Shown here: one piece after another, positions 12,509 through 24,988 of the stretch | How positions within the stretch are numbered: position 1 is the stretch's first letter | How the letters are laid out: every line of letters starts with the position of its first letter | Origin: Octopus sinensis | Lineage: Eukaryota | Length of the DNA: 64,000 nt | Direction: 5' to 3' | Assembly (NCBI RefSeq): GCF_006345805.1 | Contig: NC_043011.1 | Coordinates: 38,018,464 to 38,082,463 of the forward strand | Notes under the pieces: model-generated | The model's input: only the letters and a program-made list of their open reading frames with translations | What the model was told of the DNA's origin: nothing | Database searches by the model: none | Translations under genes and position numbers: made by a program

Positions 12509-13399
12509 GAGACAGAGAGAGACAGAGACGTGTAATGATGTGTGTCTGCGCGTGTGCTTAGGTTTACTGTAAGTCCTCCTACACCGTCAAACTGATTTTA
12601 ATGATTTTTGGCACGTCGGTAGATCACATGCCCTGAAATTCAAATAAGGCCGGACATTTTCGAAAACTCGATAATGCCCAGTTGGCATTGATTTTTGTGA
12701 GCTCAATCAGGTATTTGAATGGAAAAGAACTCCTTCGCTTGCTCTGACAATTTTGTCTCTGGCCGCCACACATCTACTCATCCTGCAACAGCCTGCCGAA
12801 CCAGATATAGCATCTTAATGGGTAATAGTTGGCACGGGGAGCGTAGAAGATTGCAATATAAGGTCAGTCAGTGGTGGGCTTAACTTCAACACGGAGAACA
12901 CGAGCATCAGCTAGTACAAACATATAAAGACAAATAAGCACAATTTCAAACAAACATTGTTTTTCTCTTTTAAATAGATATCCTTCAATTCTCCTAATTT
13001 CGTAAACAACGGCAACAATTATACATGTAATTGTAAATACTAATGCCCATCTTTCGGCTGCTGATGATTGATGAGTGATAACTAATGCGTGACGTGTCAC
13101 ACGAAGCTTCATTCTTCTGTTTTTTCGTGAGAAAATTCGACGAGTTATATCCTGTGCATTTCTTTAAGCTGATTTCGTTGCGCGGGTCGTGTATTTTCCT
13201 CCAATATTGCTGTATAATATGCTTTGGATTATATGTTTGTATACATGTTTGTGAGTATGGCTTTCTCTATTTGTGTTTGTGTGCCTCTTCCGTGTACTAA
13301 CCTTACATATATTGCTTTTTTTAATTCATTCCATGCACACAGCAAGGACAGTACCTTCTGGCTAGGGATCAAATCTTACAGTAAATGAAGTGAAAAGAA

Positions 13400-13730
13400 A
13401 AGGTTCCCTACGACGTCGGTTCTGGGTTCAGTTCCACTGAATGGTTCATTGGGCAGGTGTCTTCTCCTATAGCCTCGGCCTAACCAAAGCCCTGTGAATG
13501 GATTTGTTTCAAAAAAGTCCGTTGCATATGTATGTGTGTGCGCGCGTGCATGTGTGTGTGTACGGGTTTGTGTGTGAATGTGTTTGTCACTCACCACAGC
13601 TTGACAACCGGTTGTGGTATGTTTACTTCACAGTAACATAGCTGTTCGGCAAAAAAAGTCCGACACAATAAGTCCTAGGATCGACTAAAAGAATTCTCCA
13701 AGGTGGTGGCGTAGCATAGTCGTAGTCTGA
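13400..13730 (+). mobile_element. Degenerate SINE (family of 49278-49666)
   Basis: GGGTTCAGTTCCACTG..GGGCAGGTGTCTTCT..CTTGACAACCG..TCGACTAAA motifs appear in the same order. Confidence 0.7.
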
Positions 13731-13747
13731 TGTGTATATGTATATAT

Positions 13748-13789
<42 letters not shown>

Positions 13790-13790
13790 A

Positions 13791-13853
<63 letters not shown>

Positions 13854-13855
13854 AG

Positions 13856-14189
13856 ACCCCCTTCGGTCATCACTGACCGTGGGATTGCACCTAGAAACTT
13901 ACCATCCCAGGCAAAGGTCAGGGCAAGTTTGTTTATGGAAGACCAGCAGTCACCCATGCATACCGGCCTCCCCTCTTCACGCCACCAATGTTATCCAAGG
14001 GAAAGGCAAAGGGGCCGATACAGCTTGGCACCTGTGACGTCGCAACTCATTTCTACAGCTGAGTGAACTGGAGCAACGTGTAATAAAGTGTCTTGCTCAA
14101 GAACACAATACGCAGCCCGGTCCCGATTTCGAACTCCAAACTCACGATCGTAAAGCTCCACCCTCTAACCACTGAGCTATGCGCTTTCA
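13856..14189 (-). mobile_element. tRNA-derived SINE (family of 33042-33340)
   Basis: Head GCGCATAGCTCAGTGGTTAGAG, core TGTGTTCTTGAGCAAGACACTT and tail ..GTGCAATCCCACGGTCAGT..GACCGAAGGGG. Confidence 0.85.
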
Positions 14190-14263
14190 TGCACGCACCG
14201 CCCCCCGCCCCACATATACGTATATATGTATAGATTCATATATATAAATATATACATACATCT

Positions 14264-14347
<84 letters not shown>

Positions 14348-14379
14348 AGATTCATATATATAGATATATAAATACATCT

Positions 14380-14411
<32 letters not shown>

Positions 14412-14432
14412 GTGTGTGTGTGTGTGTGTGTG

Positions 14433-14485
<53 letters not shown>

Positions 14486-14933
14486 AAAGTAAACAGTAAA
14501 AGAGTCAAAAGGAAGAGTAACTGCGGTTAGGCAGCTTTTTAATCACTACAAATGTTTCGGTACATACAGATCCACGTATATACAGTATTTAATGTTAAAT
14601 TTGAATTAAATTATGTAACGATTCCCTATACAAGAAGATCCATAAGTAACTCCTCAGGCGATATTTAGTTGCTGTCTCGTAAGTAAATCTTCAAAGAAGA
14701 AGCCATGGATGTTGTAGAATGGTAATCTAGATTTACTTACGGAGACAACAAATGAGTATTACCTGAGGAGATAAATATAGATTTTCTTACACAGGTAAAT
14801 CGTTACATAATCGAATTTAAATTTAACTTTAAATCCTGTATATACGTGGATGTGTGTGTAACGAAACATGTGTAGTGGTTAAAAACTGCCTTTCCGTACT
14901 TACTCTTCCTTTTGACTCATACTTGTTACTTTT
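14486..14933. mobile_element. Diverged Penelope-type fold-back (arms about 14486-14690 and 14729-14933) with hammerhead motifs
   Basis: About 200-bp imperfect inverted arms. Each has CTGAGGA...CGAAACAT(G/T)TGTA-GTG. Confidence 0.7.
14758..14879 (+). ncRNA. Hammerhead-like motif with long helix/loop II (mirror copy on minus strand at 14542-14662)
   Basis: attac-CTGAGGA-(about 93 nt)-GAAA-CATGTG-TA-gtggt. The mirror copy reads atcgc-CTGAGGA-gttac...gtacc-GAAA-CATTTG-TA-gtgat. Confidence 0.55.
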
Positions 14934-15790
14934 TACTTTCTACTTTCACACACGAGGAATACCTAAGACTAGACTTGGTAGCATACCATAATAATACTAC
15001 CGGTTATTTGGGATTTCTAAGGGTGAACGAGCTCTATTTGTACTCTTGTACGTTTCTGAACAGAAGTAGCTTGATATTTATAAACAAAATCGAATATACA
15101 TACACGAGGGGTGGATGTGTGGGTGTATATGTTATTATTTCGTGGGTTGGCTTCCTTAATGTTCATATATAGTTGCTATTTCGATCGAACTGGATTTCTT
15201 CCGTAGGATGTAACCAAGGACTTTAGTGCCAGTTCTTTACATTATTTGGAACTAATTTATTACCTGAAGCATATATCGAGTAAATGATATAGGACCATTG
15301 AACCATTTTCCTTGTAGGAACACAAGTTGTGCTCATGTTTCACTATCCATTAGTTGTGAAGAAAGAGTGAAAGAGAGGGCTGGAGAGAAAAGTCAGATTT
15401 GTGAAGCTTACTTAAGATTTTTTATACATATTGAAATATTGTTCAGAACAATCTCAAATAAATTTCTTCCCTACAAAATAAGTAACGCAGTTATTTTTTC
15501 ACCTTTCAGCTACCTTTATAGATGTGCCTTTTATAAAATATCATTTCGTTTCTGTGACTTACAGAGGTGTTTCCGTACATGTTTTTCAACGTATATCTAT
15601 GGACATGTCATTCTGATTCGTAAAAACACTTTTCTAGTAATGTAAGTTTAAGAATGATTGGGTATCTGTTTCTTTTTCAAAACACGGGGAGAATATATTC
15701 TTGGCCGGATTTTATTGTGAAGTAAAAGAAGTTGAGAATCTATGATATTTTTGTGTTAAATTTGAATTTCTTTTCCTTTCATTTAGAATA

Positions 15791-16931
15791 TACGGGGAGG
15801 TACCCAAAAGAAACCGGAATTTTGCAATATTATTTTATTCGTTTAGTTTTGCATCTTTACACTTTTATCACGTTCAATGTGTTTTACATTTCAAGTAATG
15901 CATCCGTCCAGACGTGTTTTCCACTATGCGAAGTGTTGTTGGAACTCTTGCATGTGTTGCCTCTTAACGCCTCCGTGGATTTTTCTTCGCCTTCCATATC
16001 TGCAAATTCCGTAGCACCAGATTTCGTCACCAGTGATGAAATTCGAAAAAAGATCCAGATTAACTTCCAACTTCTCCTTCGGTTCAGGTCACATATCCAA
16101 TAATGATTGCTTTTCCGTGAGCAAGCGAGACGCAACTTTTGCTGCAACTCATTTCATTCAGATTTCCTCACTTAAAATTCCTTGGCTGGAGCTCCAGGAC
16201 GTACCAGTCATATCAAATCGTTCGTCAACTGCTTCGTGACGCTCCTTAAAAATCAGTTCGCGAATTTTCCTGATGATTTCCTTCATTCGAGAGGTCGTTG
16301 GTCGCCCTAACCTTGATTGGTCTACAGGCAACAAGTGAACATTCCTTATTTTTTTTATTGCTCACAAGGGGCTGAACATAGAGGGGACAACAAGGACAGA
16401 CAAAGGAATTAAAAACGATTATATCGACCCCAGTGCGTGCTAGTACTTAATTTATCGACCCCGAAAGGATGAAAGGCAAATTCAACCTCGGCGGAATTTG
16501 AACTCAGAACGTGACGGCAGACGAAATGCAGCTAAGCATTTCGCTCAGTGTGCTAATATTTCTGCCAGCTTGCCGCACGAGCACATTCCTAAAGTGTAGA
16601 AACCTCTCGTAGACTTATGTTTTGATCATGGCAGGGTCCTTGTAAGCTATTTGAAGCATAACAACTGTTTCGGCCGCCGTTTTACCCCAGCAAAAAACAG
16701 AATTTCACAGAAGTACGCTGTTCCTTCGTTTTAGCCATCGCAAAATCGTCGAACACGGGAGAAGCATTGTAAAACTAAGATGCACCACGTGGCACAATGA
16801 CCGCAGAAGATGACGCTAGTCGGTAGACTGAAGCCCGAGAGTCACATCCAGTGCCTTCAAGCGGCGGTAGCTTGAACTACCACAAGCTTGTCACAGAGAC
16901 AATGTTTCCGGTTACTTTTGGGTAACCCCTT
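15791..16931 (-). mobile_element. Internally deleted mariner, interrupted by a SINE
   Basis: TIRs GGTACCCAAAAGAAACCGGAA and TTCCGGTTACTTTTGGGTAACC. Minus translation gives MAKTKEQRTSVKFCFLLG..TAAETVVMLQIAY..SRLGRPTTSR..FITGDEIWCYG. Confidence 0.88.
16347..16577 (-). mobile_element. SINE (family of 38022-38614) inserted in the mariner
   Basis: Reverse complement of GGCGAGCTGGCAGAA..GAGTTCAAATTCCGCCGAGG. Has a poly-A tail and an ACATTCCT TSD. Confidence 0.88.
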
Positions 16932-17377
16932 GAGCATTTAATATACATAGTAAAATGATTAATATATGCTGAGCCTAGGATGTACTATCTTCGGTTTTTA
17001 AAAGACATGGTTTAAAATCTACATCATCTGTACTAAGCACAAAATGGATATACCATTGCACCGTCATCAAGCAGCAAAACAGAACATCGGCAAAAAGCAT
17101 TGATTATGATCTATAAGTTCTACGGTAAACAGATATGCTCGAATGTCCTTCACCAAATATAGCATGATAAAGAATAGAGAAAGGACATCGGGACTGCATG
17201 TTTCATGCATATTACATGGTCGAAAACTCACGCGCGGGCATGTGAGTATGTCTATGTGTGTGGAGACTAGGGAAGTGCTGTGCAATTATACACGTTACTA
17301 TGTCCTTGAGAAAAGAATCAGTATGCTCTGCCTTTATGTAGTGAGGAACGTTTAAGCTACATATTGGTTTTTCCATG

Positions 17378-18089
<712 letters not shown>

Positions 18090-19146
18090 TATGTATAAAA
18101 CATCTGCCTGTCTGTGTGTGTGTGATGGAGTGTGTGATGTGAACATGTATGTATGTATATATGCATATGGGCACAAGCGTGCGTGTACGTGAATATATGC
18201 AGAAACAGACATATATGTTATCACATCCTTACCTGTGTATACGTCTACAATTCGCATCCACAAAACAGCCCAATAGGTAAAAACTTTAGTAGAAGAGTGA
18301 TAGAATGTGTATACAAACATATGTACGTTTATACACCTATTGTTTACACACATACACATACACCCACTCAGCCACACACACATACGCGTATGTATATCAA
18401 ATTTAGTTTCGTACATAATTTGTAGTAGTATGGTTGTTTATTTTTATTTCATATCTTTTATATTGCTGTTTATATATGAACTTCGTTTGCATAACATTTT
18501 CTTTGTTGTATCTGATACTAAAGCGAAAGATAAATAAATAAACGAATTTTGGAGAGAAAAACGGCGAAAAAAGTTAACGAGGATAGAACTACATCGACAG
18601 AGAGAGAGAGAGAGACAGACAGAGACGGAGAGCTGGATATTGAGAAAACGTGAGAAAAAAAGAGAGTTGTAGGGAGAGACAGGACAGACAAGAGATACAG
18701 AGATAGAGAGGGAGACAGACAGAGAGAGAGAGAGAGAGAGAGAGAGGCAGACAACAGAAAAAAAAAGTGGAGCCAAAATCAATATTTCGAAAACACTTTT
18801 GTGATTATTTGTTTTAGAAATCATTTGAAATCAATATTTCTTTTTACCCTCGAGCCAATCTATCCTCTTTTCTTCCGTTCTGTTGGCACTTGAGAATCAG
18901 GTCATTAACGGATGCGTATTTTGGCTTTGTGTGATTGTGAGAGTGTGTATGTGTGTATGTGTGTTTGCATGCGTGTGACTACATACATGTGCATATATAT
19001 ATATATTATATATATATATATATACATGTGTGTGTATATATATATGTATATATATGCACACATATATATATACGTATGGATGTATATGTATATATGTATA
19101 TATATGTACACATATCTATCTATCTATCTATCTCTATCTATCTCTC

Positions 19147-19188
<42 letters not shown>

Positions 19189-19205
19189 GTACATATATAT
19201 ATGTA

Positions 19206-19285
<80 letters not shown>

Positions 19286-19291
<6 letters not shown>

Positions 19292-19830
19292 ATGAAAGAA
19301 TGGAGTCGAACGACGATTTAACAAAATTGCTTTATTCTCGACATATGTTTCGAAGACTGCATATTCTTAATTCCGAAGGAATAAAGGGTGCATTATGCCG
19401 TGTTCTCATCAGGAAAGACAAGGAACTTATGTCAGCATCATGACGAATAAAAACTTTTCGATGACTGCCCACACGGAGTCCATAGTGATAATCGTGTGGG
19501 CAGTCATCTAAAAGCTTTTGTTCGTCATGATGCTGACATAAGTTCCTTGTCTTTCCTGATGAGAAGACGGCATAATGCACCCTTTATTCCTTCGGAATTA
19601 AGAATATGCAGTCTTCGAAACATATGTCGAGAATAAAGCAATTTTCTTAAATCGTCGTTCGACTCCATTCTTTCATTTATCTATAGTAAAAACACACACA
19701 AATTTCCACACGAAAGCACCTGATTTCTGCCCTTGGCATGTAGCTTCAACCGTGCTTTCTGACGTAAATTTGATAGCCGGGTATCGGTTAACCGAATTAT
19801 CCATACTAGGATAATTCATTCAACTACTTA
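19286..19830. mobile_element. Young Penelope-type fold-back: 190-bp inverted arms (19286-19475 and 19493-19682) plus a 3' extension
   Basis: Near-perfect inverted repeat with a 17-bp spacer and a hammerhead in each arm, embedded between microsatellites. Confidence 0.75.
19551..19633 (+). ncRNA. Type-I hammerhead ribozyme (mirror copy on minus strand at 19335-19417)
   Basis: tttc-CTGATGA-GAAGACgGCATA...TATGCaGTCTTC-GAAA-CATATG-TC-gaga. Intact core, long helix II, palindromic helix III and a GUC cleavage triplet. Confidence 0.85.
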
Positions 19831-19898
19831 TACATACATATATATATATATACAGCCATATATTTTTTAATTTATATTTAATGTATATATATATTTTA

Positions 19899-19975
<77 letters not shown>

Positions 19976-19996
19976 GTGTGTGTGTGTGTGTGTGTG

Positions 19997-20156
19997 TGCG
20001 CAGGAGTGGCTGTGTGGTAAAAAAAACTTGCTTACCAACGATATGAATCTAGTTTCAGACCCATTGCGTGACACTAAGACAAGTGTCTTCTAATATGCCT
20101 CAAGGCCGACTAATGCATCCTGAGTGTATTTGGTAGTTGAAAATTGAAGAATCCCG

Positions 20157-20197
<41 letters not shown>

Positions 20198-20975
20198 TTA
20201 ATATAATGAGATAAAAATCCAAGGGTGTGAAAGATTTCAGAAATTTATAAATAGAAGGTCTTATATATTACTAGCAGTATCGCCCGGCGTTGCTGGGGTT
20301 TGTAAGGGAAATAACTATATAAGCATTTTTAGAGAGTTACTTCCCTTATAAATTCGGGCTTTCTTAGCCATTTTTGTTTTGGTGTCTTCAAACCATGAAG
20401 TCGTTTTTCTAAAAGAACGCTGGTTTCCTTCACAACGCATTACGACGTTGATTTCCTTACACTCCCTTCCCCACAGCTTCACGAGGGAGGGAAGGGGGAG
20501 AAGCAAACAGGTGCAGCTGTGAGCGTGGACGCCAACTCCGCCGCCATCGACACACGATGCATTGTATGCATTAAAATGGAATAAAAAATGATGTTAAATT
20601 ATTTTTAAAATCGTAGACTCATCGTTGACGCGCGCTAATAGTCAGACAGGCTCGATATGAATCACGACTATAAGATACCCGAATTTGGTTAAACTGCACC
20701 GCAAAATGTGGGAGGAGTTAGGAATCTAAATCGAAGGGGACAGACACTCACACAACTAGAGTTTTATATATATAGATATATCCCTTCATAGGAGATACAT
20801 TTGTGTTTCTGTGTTTGTCCCCTCCACCATCGCTTCAGAACCGATATTCGTGAGTTTACGTCCTCGTAACTTAGCTGTTCGGTACAAGAACCCGAAATAA
20901 AAAGTACTGTGGTCGATTTGTTCGACTAAAGGCGGTGCTCTATCATGGCCACAGTCAAATGACTAAAAGAAAAGA
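19997..20975 (+). mobile_element. SINE (family of 49278-49666) split by nested insertions
   Basis: Head at 19997-20160 (GCGCAGGAGTGGCTGTGTGGT) and tail at 20800-20975 (..TCGACTAAAGGCGGTGCTC..). Confidence 0.8.
20271..20776 (-). mobile_element. Non-autonomous Helitron
   Basis: Minus strand reads A|TCTATATATATAAAAC ... CCCCAGCAACGCCGGGCGATACTGCTAG|T. Same 3' end as the elements at 635-2159. Confidence 0.88.
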
Positions 20976-21485
20976 ATATAAAAATATACATATATATTTA
21001 TATATGATATACATATATGAATGAATGTGTGTGTATGAACGTACACAACCATATATCCAAACGTATATGTATTTATAGATATACAAACCTACATTTGTAT
21101 ATGTACACATACATATATTTAAGCACATGGGTATTATTTTTAATACATTCGTGTGAGTCTAAGCGTACTACATTTAATCTGCCTCGGTTTAAGTAGGTCT
21201 CTCTGCAGTTGGTACTAAACGTGAAAATATTAATATTAATATATCTGAAAGTGATAACATAATTATTGTAACTGAATGTTCAACTTTCATCTCGTAGTAA
21301 TTATAAGTCGTGCTTTTTCATTCCATCGTCTTTATATATATCCATCTATCTATGTACCTGTCTGTCTATCTATCTAGCTATCTATCTATCTAACTGTCTG
21401 TGTGTCTGTCTATCTACTTATTAATCTTCAATCTATCAATTAATATACTTACATATATATATGTGTGTGTGTATGTGTGTCTGTG

Positions 21486-21531
<46 letters not shown>

Positions 21532-21614
21532 TGTACATATATAATTATAAATAAGGGCGCTGGAGGGAGAACGCCAATACGATAGAATAAGATGTCAAAT
21601 ATCTACAAACGATT

Positions 21615-24155
21615 CTTAATTCGTTCTCTTATTTACACAAGGCTGAATGCGAAGAAATTGACAAGAAGAAATGTCATAGATCTTGTCCATTTCCTCGCAT
21701 TCGGCCTCTTCAGTTTCATTCATTCTCAAATGCTTGTACAGTGCTTTATTACACACATGTGAGTGAGAACACTTTGAGTTTTTTTTGGTATCTAACATAT
21801 GTCAGATACTGCGAGCGCTGCTTCTGATTGGTCAATCCATGGTGATGACCCGAGGTCACGGTGACGGCACTACTTTTGTCATTCATAAGTTACAACTAAA
21901 CTTTCACGAGCCGGTAGAATGTAGCCATGTAATTCAACAAACATACTATCTTTTTTATACCAGATATCATTTAAAGTTATATACACATAAAATATAAACA
22001 TTTCTGGTCGTAATTCAATTTTTTGTTGCCAAAAAATCACAACATATATCGTCTGCTCGTCGATACTCTTGCAGTGCAGGTAGATCTATCAAGAAGATGG
22101 CTAATGTTATCGATATCAAGGTGAATGATTTTGTTAAGATTGATGGTAAAAATGGGGGAAGAGTATTATCCGTTGTTCAACCTCTTGGAACATACAGAAT
22201 GTTCAATGTGAAGATAAATACTGGCCAAGTTCGACATGTTGCTAGATACAGGTTAACAAAGGTACCTGAAACAGTGTCATCGACGAGTGGATTGTCATCG
22301 AACCCTGCATTTAACATCCCTGATGAGGTGTACAATGATCTTCTTCGTGACGATTTCTTTGATGATAGCCATAATGATCTTGAATTTCAACCGAGGTATG
22401 ATCATTCTGGAATAGATAAATTCGTTCAAGGTAATCAAAATAAAAACACTCTTCGAAAAACAAACTATGATGTTAAACGATTGTTTGCTTTCATAGCGAC
22501 AAATGGCGACACGCGTCCAATTGAATCTATCGACAAAGGCGAAGTTTGTGACATTCTCTGTGCTTTCTTTATTTCGTTACGAAGGCCGGACGGTAGCAAC
22601 TATGAACCTTCATCTTTGAGGGGAATGTTATCCAGTATTGAAAGATATCTGAAGTCAAAACACTACTCGACGTCACTATTCTCGGACGGGACATTCGTGA
22701 AACTACATGACGTACTAAAAACGAAGCAAATGCTGTTGAAAAGTGAAGGAATGGGAAACCTACCTCGAGGCGCGGAATCTCTCTCCGACGATGATATCAA
22801 CAAGCTATAGGAATGTGACCAGCTCGGTCCGAACACACCTGAATCCATCCTCAACACGCTATGGTGGAACAACACCGTTCACTTTGGTATCCGGAGTGTC
22901 AAACCTCACAACGACATGCGATGGGGTGACGTTTCTTTGCATGTTGACAATGAAGGCAAGGAATTCCTTCAGTTTAGGGAGCGACAGTCCAAAACTTGTC
23001 AAGGTGATAATCTCGACCATGCACGTAACATCTAGCCAAAAGTATGGGCGACGAATGATGAGCGTTGTCCAGTTAACCTGTACAAGCGTTTTGCTGATCT
23101 GAGACCATCAGATTATTTATCGCCGGATTCACCATTTTATTTGGCCACCAACTGCAAAGATGCCTCCCATTCTCATCCCTGGTTTAAACGTCAACCGGTC
23201 GGTGTCAACAAACTAGGTACAATTATGAAAAGGGTGGCTAAATCAGCTGGTTTGGACAATCGAAGATTCACGAACCATTCAGCACGCAAATACCTTGTGC
23301 AGAAGCTCGCTGACCAGAACACTCCTCCAACTGAAATCATGCAGATATCTGGACATCGTAATGTGCAAAGCATCAATAGTTACAGCAATATTTCCCTGGA
23401 TCGTCATCGTGCCATCAGTAACATCCTTAGTAGCAACAACGACCAGCCTGGTTCGCTTGTACCTCCGTCACACACAGCAGCAGCGAGTGCAAGTGAACTC
23501 CCCTCCACCGTCAACGTTACGTCGAGTCAATCTCGGAACGCTGTCACTTGCTTTGGTTCATTGCACTCCATTTTCTCGGCTCCAATATTTGGGGAAATAA
23601 TCAATTTGAACTTCTTTGGTTCAGATGCAAAGTGACCTCGTCTCACAGATAATGAGGACTGTTAAGTTTTCCTGGACTATTGTGCTCTACTCTGACTGAC
23701 ATTGCTGCTCGAAAACATGTTTGAGTATTATTAAAGTTATTGAAGATTCAATCTGTTATGTATTTCTTGAACGTGAACTTGAATGTTAAAAAAATGTTAA
23801 ATAGTCATCAGTTATCAGTCATTTCACCTGAAAACTTAGCGCTATAAAGTCGGACTATCTTCCTGCGGCATGACATCTTTTACAGTAACACGTTGTGACG
23901 TCACTGACGTGAAATCAAGCTGTATTCATGCGCGCTTCAACATGATGTGAAGAATTTAATTATTAGATTAATAAAATATGGTCGTTTATTCGTGTGTAAT
24001 AAATAAAATACCAAACTCATTCCCTATGGATACCGTATTTATTACAACTCGTGGCTTGTAAACGTATCTAACTCGCTTTCGTTCGTTAGATACGTTTACA
24101 AGCCACTCGTAATAAATACGGTATCCATAGGGAACTCGTTTAGTATTCTCTATTT
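21615..24155 (+). mobile_element. Crypton-type tyrosine-recombinase DNA transposon, near full length
   Basis: Single YR reading frame, hairpins at both ends (21641-21706 and 24001-24155), no RT, no obvious TSD, and more GC-rich than the flanks. Boundaries are approximate. Confidence 0.8.
22097..23635 (+). pseudogene. Crypton tyrosine recombinase (DUF3504; related to the ZMYM/QRICH1/KCTD1 domain), 512 codons with two in-frame TAG stops
   Basis: One frame with stops at 22808-22810 and 23033-23035. Motifs NKNTLRKT, LRRPDGSNYEPSSL, LWWNNTVHFGIR, ERQSKT, RCPV, PFYL, WFKRQPVGVNKL, FTNHSAR and ISGHRNVQSINSY give the catalytic R-K-HxxR-H-Y set. Confidence 0.92.
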
Positions 24156-24872
24156 ATCGTTGCAATTCTTTCCTACCGAAGCCTGGCTTTCTTACTTCCA
24201 ATAAAAGCGGTTCTGTGGCATTTTTTACATACCATGTATGTTGTTTTCCTCTGCTCTAATGAAGTGTTCGCATCGAATCAGTCCTCTTAGCCCGCTTTTT
24301 CTTGGTACATATAGTCTGTCTGAGTCATTATTTGGGTGGAGTGACCCATATCAAGTCAACAACTCCCTCGTCATTCTGTCTTAGCTGTTTAGTTCCTCTA
24401 CTGTCCATGCGATTACCCCTGCTCCATATCCAAGGAGTGAAACCGCCCCGGACTTAATTGCTTCAATCTTACTTCTTTCGTTTAATTTCGACTTTAGGAT
24501 CCGTCTCAGTGTGCGAAATACTCCTCCTTTAAATTTTCTGTCATTTCTTTCTCCATGAATTTATCCATTTCTAATACTTCCAAGTACTTATAGACCGTCT
24601 CTTCTATCTGCTTCATTACCTTCCCCGGCGGTATCGCTAGAGAGTTGATACATTTGATTTTACCTCTCTTCAAGTCTAACACCTCTCTTCAAGTCCGAAC
24701 TCCATTCTGATATCAGCACTCAAAGTTTACACCGTATCAACGAGAGAACCGACTTGGGATTCATCTTTACCATAAAATTTGAGGTCCTCCACTTCGCCAT
24801 ATTTTTCCAAGCAGTCGCTCAACATTCGATGCAATACCAAATAGGTTCATAAATTCCATAATTCAGAGACCG
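24156..24872 (-). mobile_element. Dong/R4-like LINE RT fragment
   Basis: Minus translation gives EDLKFYGKDESQV..SADIRMEFGLE..YKYLEVLE..RRILKSKLN..YGAGVIAWTVEELN..LHPNNDSDRLYVPRK. Abuts (TAA)n. Confidence 0.82.
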
Positions 24873-24900
24873 ATTATTATTATTATTATTATTATTATTA

Positions 24901-24948
<48 letters not shown>

Positions 24949-24988
24949 TACTATTATTATCATTATTATTGTTATTATTATTATTATT
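24873..24988. repeat. (ATT)n microsatellite
   Basis: Direct inspection. Confidence 0.95.

Noticed and set aside
22097-23635. Host ZMYM/QRICH1/KCTD1 gene, or bacterial/phage integrase contamination
   Set aside because: It is intronless, retains the catalytic residues and has structured termini. Its motifs are of the eukaryotic DUF3504 Crypton type and it is embedded in host repeats.
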